DNA of 63,944 nt, the filler included, from Ministeria vibrans ATCC 50519 (taxonomy: Eukaryota; Protista; Filasterea): assembly GCA_943704425.1 (NCBI GenBank). It is 5 parts of 5 records of this genome, joined end to end, with 100 filler letters (N's around TTAATTAATTAA, not from the genome) between each part and the next. Parts side by side here need not be neighbours in the genome. Positions count along the whole stretch, not along the records: positions 19,452 to 28,478 come from CALSCP010002253.1; positions 28,579 to 53,479 come from CALSCP010000408.1; 3 more parts are not named here. One strand, written 5' to 3'. How positions within the stretch are numbered: position 1 is the stretch's first letter; every line of letters begins with the position of its first letter. The notes beneath the pieces are model-generated. The model searched no databases and was not told where the DNA came from. It worked only from the letters and a program-made list of their open reading frames with translations. A program made the position numbers and the translations under genes. This document shows positions 23,701 to 35,583 of the stretch, one piece after another.

Positions 23701-26700
23701 GTGTCTCAGACAGAATCCGCAGAATGCACGCCGCCGACGACAGGGACGGGTTGCCATTGAGGATCGCCCGCCCCGAACTCACAGTCTGCCAGTCCACATA
23801 ACGACCCGCACACAGGCGAATATTGTCCACAATCACTGCGTAGCCCGAGATAGTGTGCAACGATTGCATTCCCCGGATCGTCACCAGATTCGCATTCTCT
23901 TGCAGTGTCACATTGCCCGTCACCGTCTCAAGCAGATGGAATCCACGCAAATGGCGCAGGTTCGCCAGATTCACCAGAGCAATCGAACCATGCAAGGTTG
24001 TCACATTGTTGAAGTGCACATCGTCAAGTTTTGGGCACAACTTAATCGTCAAAGTACCATTCACAACCATGCCAGCGTGCAGCTGCGTTGACAGGAACAG
24101 ATCTTCGACGTCCGTCAACACTGCCAAATCGTTCACTTCAACACTCGACGCTTGCATCAGTGCCCCAAAGCACGTCTTCGCCTGTGTCAATGCACTCAAG
24201 CGCACCAGCTTAATCCCACTTTCGCCGACAGTAGTCACGCTGTCAAAGCCCGAAAGGGTCGCCAGCGCAGTGTTGTTGTCAATGTTCACTCCCACTACAG
24301 TCGTCAGCGCCGGCAGTGAGCATGACAGTGTTGTCATGCTCGCATGTTGGGTGATCGACACCACTCCGCCAACACTCGCAAGCGCAGCCAAAGGAGTGCA
24401 GTCGAGTGTCACAAACCCATTGTTGCTCAATGTCAGTGTGCCCCCAAGCGACGTCAGTGGTTCCATCCCAACCAACGACACCAGATTGGCATTGTTCCTG
24501 ATCGTGAGTGAACCACTCAGCAAAGTGGTCGACTCAAACAGGCGTGCAAAGGAGGTCATTCCATTGTTGTCAAGAGTCACAGACGACGACACAGCACACG
24601 ATGACAAGGCCGACACATTTGTAAGTGCCCCATTGTCCTCCAGCACGACCGAGTTGGCTGCAACAACTCCTTGAAGACCATCCAGCGTGGCCAGATTGTC
24701 ACATCCCGACACAGTCAGTGCACCCGTCACCGTGACTCCCGTCAGACCGGACAATCCCGTCAGCGACGTCAGAAGAGGATTGTTCGTGATTGAGAGTGTG
24801 TCCGTCGTCGACGCTCGACGACGATTGTTCCCACTAAGACCAATGCCACGCAGACCCGACAGTCCGTCCAAATTAAGCAGTTGCCCATTGTTCGAGATGA
24901 TTATCCCTCCCGTAACATTCGTCAGTGACTCCAGACCCGCCAGTGACGCAAGAAGTGTCGTGTTCTCAATGTACAGACTTCCATCAATAAAGGTGATACT
25001 GAAACCAGCCAGCGACGTCACATCCGCATTGATGACCATGTCCCCCGCAACTGTCGAACACCCAACGTATGCGCTGATCCGATTCTTGTGACTGCCGTGC
25101 GTGCCAATCACTCGGCCCCCGCGACAATCACTCTCGCATCGCTTGCCCAGCGTGTTTGGCGGACACGCACACACAAACCCGTCAATGTTGTTCGTGCATT
25201 GCGCACCGAGTGCACACGGAGCCGACGCGCACTCGTCAATGTCCACGTCACACGTGCGCCCCGTGAATCCACTCGCACACACACAGACGAAACGATTGAT
25301 TTCGTCGGTACAAGTCGCACCGTTTGTGCAGGGCGACGAGGCGCACTCGTCAATGTCCGTCTCACAGTTCACTCCCAGTGTGCCCAGTGGACACAAACAC
25401 GCGTACGACTCGATGCCATCGCGACACGTCCCCGTGTTGGCACATGGTGCTGAAACACAATCGTCAATGTTGGTCTCACAGCTATCACCTTCAAACCCGC
25501 GAGCGCAATTACAATTGTACGAGTTGGTTTCATCTTCGCATGTTGCACCGTTCAGACACGGGCGCGAACTGCACTCGTCAAACGGAATCTCCGTCTCGCA
25601 TACCATTCCCGTAAACGCTGTTGTACACGTGCACACAAAAGATCCCAGCCCGTCGATGCAAGTGCCGCCTTGTTGACACGGGTGCGTCGCACAGTCATCA
25701 ATGTTCGTCGCGCAATTGGCATCCGTAAACCCAGACTGACACGTGCACGAGAATTCGTTGACCCCGTCAACACAAGTACCGCCATTCAAACACGGCGTTG
25801 AGGCACACTCGTCGATGTTGACACCGCACAGCGCACCATTGTAGCCGGCAGAGCACAGGCACAAGTATCCGCTGATTGCATCAATACATGTGGCGCCATT
25901 TTGGCACGGACTACTGGCACATTCGTCAATGTCAACGTCGCACTGTGTGCCGGTGTAGCCAGAAGCACAGGAGCAGGCAAAGCCATCGACTGCATCGACG
26001 CAGGTAGCGCCATTTTGGCACGGAAAGGAGGCACACTCGTCAATGTTGATGCTGCACAGTGTGCCAGCGTAACCCACGACGCAATCACACGTGAAGTGAT
26101 TGGTGCCATCGCGGCAAGTCGCGCCATTCTGGCACGGCGAGGAGGCGCACTCACCCTTGTTCTCGCACACGCTATACAAAAACGGATTTTGCCCACCCAG
26201 AGAACCCATCACGCTCGCAATGCTCGTCCGCTTATTATATGCCAAGAGCTTCACGTCGTCATCCTCCATCGTCGCTCCCATTGCACGCGCCACCACCACC
26301 GCACTCGTATTCATCGCATCCACTTCAAGCAGAAACCCATCTCGATTGCCTCCCACATATCCCAGCGACAGTATTCCCGACCCGTACATCGCGCCACCCA
26401 CCAGCAAGGTGTCCCCCAACATAACCAGTGCGTTCACTTGACTCTCCGTCCCATCGTCAAAGACCGCCTCGGCAACTGTTTCCGACGATGTCACATTCAC
26501 AGTCCACACCATAGCTGTCGTCAACGTCGCCGTCGAACCACCAAATCCTGCCTGAGTGTACCCTCCCATGTGCAGAAGTCTGCGTGCGCCATCCATCACA
26601 ACGGAGTAGATTTCAAAGTCGGCCGAAGGCGTGCTGAACGTCGTTGTCAACGACGCACCATTCGTCGCATTCAGTCCGTGCACCACCAGCACAATTTCTG

Positions 26701-28478
26701 TGTCTGCGCCCGTCGCCGCACCAGCATACGTCGTCGAGCCGATCACCCCCGACAAATATACCACGTCACCCGTCGGACCCATTACAATGTCTTTTCCAAA
26801 ATCGTTACTTGCACCTCCATATTGTGCGTACCACACCACGTTGCCATCTGCGGCCGCAAGTCGCGCTACAAAAATGTCCCAGCCTCCCGCATTCGCATTC
26901 CCTGTCGTGTTCCCACTCGTATAGCCAACCACGTACGCGTCTTCTCCCGATCGAGTCAGCGCAATGCCGCGCACAGTGTCATCCTCACTCGTGCCTAAAA
27001 GCACTGTGTACAGCGTCGCACCAGTCTCCGCATTCAGGCACATCAATGCTCCATCGCGTTTGCTCACACTCAACGACGTCTGCCCGTGAAATGTCGTCGC
27101 ACTAGCCGGTTTCTCGAGCAACACAAACACGCGCCCGTGCCTCCCGTCCACCATCATCGTTACTTGGTCGTCGCCTCGGTTACTCTCGCTAATCTGGCGC
27201 GTCCACGAGTACGCTCCACCCGTCGCGTTCGTCAGGCGCCCCACTGCCACATCGTTTGCCGTGTACGTCCCAAACAACGATCCGCTTACGCCATACGCAA
27301 CGTACACAGCACCATCCCAAGCGGAATCGACGACAAGGCCGCCGGGATATACCGAGAAGGCGTGAGTCTCTTCGACAGTCGCCACCACCTCACCGGCCTC
27401 GCTCGCCGTTGAGCTCAGACAAGAACACTGGTACCCATTGACAAAGTCAATACAGGTTGTGTCGCCAGGACATGTGACATCGGAACACTCGTCGATGTTG
27501 GTCTCGCAAAAAATGCCTATGATGCCTGTCGGACATACGCACACAAAGCTCTCCGTCCCATCGTTGCATACACCGCCATTCAGACACGGGCGCGAACTGC
27601 ACTCGTCAAACGGAATCTCCGTCTCGCATACCGTTCCCGTGAACCCTGTTGCACACGTGCACACAAAAGATCCCAGCCCGTCGATGCAAGTGCCGCCTTG
27701 TTGACACGGGTGCGTCGCACACTCGTCAATGTTCGTCGCGCAATTGGCATCCGTAAACCCAGACTGACACGTGCACGAGAATCCGTTGACCCCGTCAACA
27801 CAAGTACCGCCATTCAAACACGGCGTTGAGGCACACTCGTCAATGTTTACACCGCACAGCGTGCCATTGAAGCCAGCAGAGCACAGGCACGAATACCTGT
27901 CAATTGCATCAATACATGTGGCACCATTTTGGCACGGACTAGAGGCACATTCGTCAATGTCAACGTCGCACAGTGTGCCGTTGTAGCCAGAAGCACAGGA
28001 GCAGGCAAAACCATCGACCCCGTCGACACAAATACCGCCATTCAAACACGGCGTTGAGGCACACTCGTCAATGTTGACATCGCACAGCGTGCCATTGAAG
28101 CCGACAGAGCACAGGCACAAATACCCGCTGATTGCATCACTGCATGTGGCGCCATTTTGGCACGGACTAGAGACACATTCGTCAATGTCAACGTCGCACA
28201 GTGTGCCGGTGTAGCCAGAAGCACAGGAGCAGGAAAACCCATCGACTGCATCGACGCAGGTAGCGCCATTTTGGCACGGAAAGGAGGCACACTCGTCAAT
28301 GTTGACACCGCACAGCGTGCCATTGAAGCCGACAGAGCACAGGCACGAATACCCGCTGATTGCATCACTGCATGTGGCGCCATTTTGGCACGGACTAGAG
28401 GCACATTCGTCAATGTCAACGTCGCACAGTGTGCCGTTGTAGCCAGAAGCACAGGAGCAGGCAAAACCATCGACCCCG
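20704..28478 (-). CDS. Adhesion GPCR: Ca-binding EGF array - beta-propeller - 9 EGF - expanded receptor-L/LRR solenoid - GAIN/GPS - secretin-class 7TM - long cytoplasmic tail; 5' end missing
   Basis: DIDECASSPCQNGATC-type repeats. GPS CVYFDFDTLLWSSDGC...TTCRCYHLTSFAVL. TM1 ALTILTYIGCSLSI. Later exons NLANLCVAILAVNITFLAG, CHAVAVVLYFFVMVTFAW, GWVIPAII, CWL and LFIIFNTTQGFLICL. Confidence 0.92.
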
Positions 28479-28578
28479 NNNNNNNNNNNNNNNNNNNNNN
28501 NNNNNNNNNNNNNNNNNNNNNNTTAATTAATTAANNNNNNNNNNNNNNNNNNNNNNNNNNNNNNNNNNNNNNNNNNNN
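28479..28578. other. Artificial contig linker
   Basis: N44-TTAATTAATTAA-N44. Confidence 0.95.
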
Positions 28579-29976
28579 CTTACGCAACTCTGGCTCGATT
28601 CCAACCAACTGAGCGAGGTGCCCAAGGAGCTCGGCCAGCTCACGGCGCTCACGCTGCTCGATCTCTCTTCTAACCAACTGAGCATGGTGCCTAAGGAGCT
28701 CGGCCAGCTCACCGCGCTTACGCAACTCTACCTCCACTCTAACCAACTGAGCGAGGTGCCAAAGGAGCTCGGCCAGCTCACCGCGCTTACGGAACTCTGG
28801 CTCCACTCCAACCAACTGAGTGAGGTGCCCAAAGAGCTCGGCCAGCTCACCACGCTTACGGAACTCTGGCTCCACTCCAACCAACTGAGCGAGGTGCCGA
28901 AGGAGCTCGGCCAGCTCACGGCGCTCACGCAACTCTCCCTCCACTCCAACCAACTCAGCGAGGTGCCCAAGGAGCTCGGCCAGCTCACGGCGCTCACGAA
29001 ACTCTGGCTCGACTCCAACCAGCTGAGCGAGGTGCCCAAGGAGCTCGGCCAGCTCACGGCGCTCACGACCCTCTCCCTCGGTAACAACCCGCTTCCATGC
29101 ACCGATGGTTTGGTTGTGCTCGCTGATTTACGGCGTCATTGGCAAGCGCGGAAGGTTTCTCTAAATCAGCTGAAAGGTACGAATCATGTTTCACGCAAGG
29201 TTCTGTCAGTGAACATTCGTGTTTAGACACCTTTGAGTCGCCCGCGTGGCTGTGTCCAGTGTGCAATGAACATTATGCTGTGTCTATGCACGAGCCACGA
29301 ACGGTCCCTTGCGGTCACACATTTTGTACAACATGCGTTGAGAGATTGGTGCAGAGGAAAGAGTGTGCTCTGTGCCGTGCGCCATTTGAGTGTGTGCCGC
29401 CGGTGTCCTACTTGCTTCGCGATGCATCTCGGCATATGATGCTGGTCGACTTTCAGTCGTGTCTTTCGCAAAGCGAGAAATCTCAACGGGTCGTCCAAGA
29501 GCAGTTGGCCGAACCAATTGCGGTGTGGAGCGAGATTGACCGTGAGTTTGAGCAACTGATATTTGTGCTCCGTGCTCGACACAGCGCTCTGAAATTACAA
29601 GCTGATGATTTGGAGATGGAACGAAGACGCCAACTGGAAGCGTGTGGTCGTAGGTTGGCGGAGGGTCAGGGTCTTCTGAGAGGAGGGGACGCTGAAGTGA
29701 CGATGTGCCTCACCAAGCGAGACGAGATGGAGGTAGACAATGATGAGGTGACTCGCTTGTCTACGAAGGTATGATTCTTTTTGTTTTGAACGATTGGTTG
29801 ATATTAACTTATGAGCACAGAAATACGCTACTGTCGATTGCACAGCGGTGAAGAAAGCCATCGAAGTGATGGGACTGACTTTTGTGAGCAAGGGCACAAT
29901 ACGCGCAAGAGATGACTGTTCCGCCGACGAGGACTGTGACAACGCTGAGCTGCATAAGCGTCCGCGTTTCCAATAA
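28579..29976 (+). CDS. LRR - RING(C3HC4) - coiled-coil protein, putative E3 ubiquitin ligase; 5' end missing
   Basis: Tandem 23-aa LRRs (LSEVPKELGQLTALTxLxLxSNQ). A phase-1 intron (AAAG|gtacg...ttag|AC) joins them to CPVCNEHY...PRTVPCGHTFCTTCV...CALCR. The last exon ends HKRPRFQ*. Confidence 0.85.
28580..29090 (+). repeat. Coding tandem repeat, 69-nt unit (about 7.5 copies visible)
   Basis: AACCAACTGAGCGAGGTGCC(C/T/A/G)AAGGAGCTCGGCCAGCTCAC recurs every 69 nt. Confidence 0.92.
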
Positions 29977-32478
29977 AATATTACAATGAAATATAGTTAA
30001 AACTGTAATAATAATAGCATAATATTTATTTTGATGTGTGACGCCCAATCCTTTCTACGAGGATTCATCCTAACCCCCCTCGCATCTTTTTTTCTTCTTC
30101 TTTTTCTTCGCAAAGCATTGGCAAAAGTTTTCGCTATATTGTGTATACTCACAACACACGCAGGGCAGCATCGAAAGCCACGATGATGGCCGAGCGACCA
30201 CTCGGTGACCAGTCTGCCCTGGGAAAAAGTCCCAAGGGCGACTTCTCATGTGGCCAAAATTGTTGGCAAAAACAACACAAAAACAACAAACAAAAGAAGG
30301 TGATTACTTCCTGCTTGTTTGATATTGTTGATCAATTTTGTGTCTTTAAGAGGTGCTCATTTTACAATGAATAAAATACTCTTGGCACCTTTGAGTGAGT
30401 GTTTTGACACCCACGACACCTGCTCATCTTATTCTTCTATTTTTTGTCTTATTAAGAAAATATATAGAGGATCGATAGCTGTACTCAATGTCAAAACAAT
30501 AATATACAAAACAAAAGAGCAGCGCAATACTTCGCCGTAGACTGTATTATATATATATATATATATATAAATTAGAAGGAAGAAGAAAAATACAACCCAT
30601 TCATTAATGATACAGTCACCACGCAAAGACACAGTTGCAAACTCAACCGAAACTCTAGAGGTAACATGGGAGAACAGTGGCAGGTCATAGTGCTGTGTCG
30701 ACGCTATCCAGTGAGGCAATCGCAATGGCACGCCATACCCCCAGTGGGGGCGTAGGGCTCTGACACCATGAAGGTCTCTGTCGGCAAGGAGTGTATAGTC
30801 GAAGTCGTGGTTGAAGCAATCGGATCGGTGGTCGGCGGCGGCAAGTCCATGTGGCTGTGGGGCGCTCCCGTGGTACACAGGCGGAGTGGGTCGGCTGTCG
30901 GGCGGCTGGTGTGCTTGTTTGTCGTGGCTGTGTGTTAGATAATGACGATAAAGACATGGATGGGTAGGGGGGGATAAAGCGTGGGGTTCGGGCGGGTGAA
31001 TCACTGGGTGGCGTTGACGGCGACGATGAAGCATTTGTACATCTTCCTTAAGGGACGAAATACGTTTATAGTGCGTGTCGTTGGTGCCTCGGCAAGAGTC
31101 TTGTCAACCAGTGAGTCGTGTCGGTGTCGGTACACCGCTGGGTGAGCACGGTGCAGCAGGAAGTGTTTTTGGGCTCTCCGTTGTTGCTGTTGCTGTTGTT
31201 AAGAAAGGAGACAAGGATAACGCAATGCTTCCGCCATAGCCCACTGGACGAGAATGTCCCGAGAGAAGTCCACAAACACACTGATACACTCATGAAGAAA
31301 GTGTACGGAGGCGCAAGAAGAACGTGTGCACAGCAGTCTCACGTGCACCATTGCGGTGCCTCTCAGGCTCAAAATTGCGAGAGGGCCCTTGTAGAAGAGC
31401 GAGAGAACTGGCTGCCAGCGCTCACGAGGCGGTGGCGAGCCTTGGAAGTGGTGGCGGTGAGAATGGGCAAGGTCAATGTTGCAGCCAGTAACGAACCAGT
31501 AACTGCAGAAGAGTGCCTGTTACCTGCAATTCCACCGCATGGCTCAATCGCAAAAGGCGCAAGAGCAGTGGCATTGGAATGCAAGGTCTCGGGCTGGTTG
31601 CTGTTGAACTCAGGTGCGAACTGGCGCTGCGCACAAAAAATGCTCCAGACAGGGGAGTTCGATGGCTTGTTCGATCGCGGCGTTGGATGTTTAGCGAGAG
31701 TAGGACCATATAGGACTCGGGAGGGTGTGTTTTGTAGACAAGCGCGCTGACGCGCTCACATGTGGGCAAGGAGCGATGTGGCCACTGACCAGGTGAGCAA
31801 GCACTTAGATGGCCATTGATGTGGGGCGCGCGGTGAGGGACATGAGTGACTCACATGACTCTAGTGTGTAACATCAATAATCCACAGAGTTGTTTATCCG
31901 CACTTTTGACGTATTCCGATGAAGACGATCTTAAAAAATCGCGATGACAATTGACATAGGGTTTACTTCGGAGCAATCATGTAAGCATGCTTTGCATGGA
32001 GGTTCCATGGAGGTGCGCTCGCGAGATGGCAATTGTGACTTCACTTGAGAGGGGCTTGTTGCAAGTTCCGTAAATAACAATGGGAGCCTCGCAGTTGTGG
32101 AACTGGGCAGTGGACACTGGAGTCTGGACACTGGTCACTGGACACGGTGCCAGCACACGATCGTACGCGTTCGTTGTGATTATATAAATGGAATGAACGT
32201 TTGCAAAATGAAGTGAATCACACCGCCCACGCCCATTTGCATCCATTCCACTTGACGAGACGATGGACGAGCCACATCGTCTCCCAAACAAGTCGCAACC
32301 ACAAGTGCTACGAATGCCAGATGGCGGATCATCGAAGAAAGAACGACTATCTGTACACACTAACCGGGGGTGACTCGCATCTTCAAGGACTTATCCTTTC
32401 GACCTTTTCACCGTTTGATTATTTTCAAGTTTCAATCATAAATTCCTTCATACTGCTTTCAACAACTGTTTATTCGAC

Positions 32479-33226
32479 ATGGCTGACGAACCGAAGCGAA
32501 CAGGAGCGCCTTTGAGCGGGTTTACAGCCGGTGTCGCCGCGAGCTTTCGCCGGGTGAAACAGGTACTTGCACCTGCTCGATGTCGCATTCGACGGCGCCC
32601 CCTACTGCGACTAATTGGGGTGCAGCTGCGTGTGCATGGCATAGGCATCTTTATTCGGGCACGGCTCTCTCTGGAGGGAATGTGTGAAAAAATTGTTTTG
32701 CACGCCACTGCCTTTGCCTGCCGCGCTGAAGCCGCCTAACCCGCGTCGCTGTAGATGACCGAGGAGAAAATGGGTCGTGCTGAGCGCACCGAGCTGGATT
32801 ATGAGTACGAGAACCGCATTGCGAAGCTCGAAAAGACCAAAGCTCACACGGAAAAGCTGCTGAAAGCAACGGAAGTGTATCTTGAGCCAAACCCCAGTAA
32901 GCGACCTCACCCCGCCCTGCACATCCTGTCTGTGTATACGACAAACTCTTCTGCCACCTTGCTCGCTCCCTCACTCTCTCGATGCGATTTTCTCGTCACA
33001 TAAAATATTATGTCGTGTCATTTTTTTTTTTTCCCTTCTGACACTCTCTGGCTCTTCAACTAGACTCTCGATTGGAGGGGCGTGTTCGCAGTCGGTTTGA
33101 TCGTCGCAAGCACAAGGATTCTCTTCTGGAGCGTCTGGGCGAATGTATGATTCAAGGAGGCGACGTGATTGGAGTCGATAGCAACTACGGTAACAACTGG
33201 CGTGTGGTCGCGACTGTATCAATTGA

Positions 33227-33260
<34 letters not shown>

Positions 33261-34391
33261 TTGTTACTCCCTCGTTTCCCTCCTCTCTCTCTCTATCACT
33301 TTGTCCCCCCTTCCCTCTCCACTTCTGTGTTAGGTTCGGCACTTGTCGAAGTGGGTCGTGTTGAACAGCAAATGGGCGAGTCTTGGGTGCATTTTACGTC
33401 GACTGTGACCGACAGATTTGTGTTGCCGAGCAACGCGTTTCTCGATGGCGAGCTCAAACTCATTATGGTACTTTGGTGCTGTTCCCGCTGTTGACGCTGC
33501 TCGTATCACTCAATATCTACATTGTTTTTGCTGTCTTGTGTGTAGCGACAACGCCAGAAGCTGTCGCGTGCCCGTCTCGATTTGGACGCAGCTAAAACTC
33601 GAACGAGAAAGGTCAGCAAAGGAAAAAAAGATAGGAAAAGTGTCTTATTTGCTTTCCGTCTGTGTGTGTGTGTATGTATGTATGTATATGTTGACTCAGG
33701 CACAAGCGTCACAGCCGGAGCGGATTGCACAAGCAGAAACGGAACTGCGGAGTGCGCAATGGGCGTTTGACGAGCAATTCAAAGTGGCTTCGCAGATGGT
33801 CGAGCGCATTGACGAAATGCACGACGAACAGCTGGCGTACCTTCTTGAGGTTGTCGAGGCCCAACTGCGTCACTACAGCACCGGCCAGCGTCTTCTTGCC
33901 GACCTTGTGCCCAAAATTAAGTCGTCGCAGCGGTAACAACGATACGAGAGAGAGAGAGAGAACAATTTGTTAAAAAGAAAGCAAAGACGTGATGCAAGCG
34001 AGAGCGAGTGCGAGTGCGCGGGAGAGGAAACTGTCTCATTTTTCATGTATGAATGTATTTTTCTCAGTCGTGGTCCATCCTACTCTCTTGCGACTGTCGC
34101 AGGTGCCAGCACAGAAACCGCTTCGAACGTACCGTTTTTTATTTTCTTATTTTTTTACGGGATTCTTACCTTTATTTTTGTTTTGCAAAATGCGTGTGAC
34201 AGGGTGAACTGGCAACGGTGCAAAAGGCACGAGTGCTGTACGACTACGAAGGAGCAGATGGTCAGGACAGCTGTACGCTCAAGGCAGACGAGACGGTGCT
34301 GGTGCGCGCACTGCCGGGCGGCGACTACTACCAGGTGGAGGAGGAGGGGCGCACGGGCCGAGTGCCTGTCGCGTACATTGAGCTTCTTTGA
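32479..34391 (+). CDS. SH3GLB1: Endophilin-B-like N-BAR + SH3 protein (multi-exon)
   Basis: FRRVKQ|MTEEKMGRAERTELD...YLEPNP, YGSAL, RLDLDAAKTR, AETELRSAQWAFDEQ. C-terminal SH3 KARVLYDYEG...GRVPVAYIELL*. Confidence 0.88.
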
Positions 34392-34533
34392 GTCTCCTTC
34401 AAGTCTGTGTGTGACTCAGAGAGACAGAACAGACTCTGTGTGTGTTTTTTTTTTGTGTGTGAACAACCTTTCTTTATATATTTTGCTCCATCTCTCTCTC
34501 GCTCTCGCTCTCTCTATCTCTTTTCGCCACAGT

Positions 34534-35543
34534 TTACAAGTTGAAGAAGGTCTTGAAGTGGGCGCTGGTGACTATGTTTCGGGGCATATACATCAGCTCG
34601 TGCACATATTGATCGAGCTGACCCACTCGCTCCTCTGCCGTTTTCGACGTCACGTAAAATTTCTTTCCTGGTAGATATGGAATGATGCGCCGTCGACGGG
34701 CACTCAGCGTACCCGCTTCCTTTGGGAACTAAAAAAAAATGTGTAACACGTGAGTGGGCGACCTCTTGTTTTGGTTGGACTGTTTATACTTGGTCGAGAA
34801 GGCCGCACTGGAAGTCGAAGAATTCATTGTAGGAGCGCAGGAGACGGTGCTCACTGCCATCGGCACAACGCACAGTGAGACGATACACCCAGACACCCGA
34901 ACGACGCTGCACGGACGTCACAGAGAAGCCATAACCACGCATGGGATCGGCCACGCGCAGCCCTGTCGTCGTCGTGGGCGCAGTGCTCGCGCGTGACGAC
35001 GTCATGTCCAGGCTCTCCTGCGAGTGTCGTAGTTCCAGGTACTCGGGCGCCACCTCAAGGATGCCTTTGCCAAAACTGAATCGACCCGACCCTCGCTGCG
35101 TCTCGTGACCCACTCCATCCCCAGAGTCGTCCATCATCGAAATGGCCTCCTCTTCTTCCTCCTCGCGCACGGGCGTCCCTCCCGGTGCATAGTCGAGCGC
35201 AATTTGCTCTCCCGTGTTCTCCAGCTCAAGATGCTCGTCCAACATGGAGTCTCCCTTGCGCGACCAGCTTCGACGCGATTCAATAGGACTCAGTCGTCCC
35301 GAATCCTCTTCCTCGGGAAAGTACGCGAACGAGTGCGGACGCGTCCCTCGCTTGCCACTCTTGCCGTGCTCCTCATCCGCATTTGTGGACACACCGCCAG
35401 CAGCGGTCCATTCAGCCTTTCCCTCAGTTGTATCGTGCAGCGAAAACTTCCTCTCAACGTACTACGCACACCCACCACATTAGTCCCTTATCAACAGGCA
35501 CACACAAAAAGTACACACACACACAAAAAGTACTACGCACACA

Positions 35544-35583
<40 letters not shown>

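Noticed and set aside
20704-29976. aGPCR and LRR-RING as a linked divergent receptor pair
   Set aside because: They are separated by an artificial linker, and both contigs probably end there only because of internal repeats.
30215-30245. GGAAAAAGTCCC resembling the RNase MRP/P CR-I motif
   Set aside because: No matching CR-V strand or GARAR loop was found downstream. It is kept only as a generic structured candidate.
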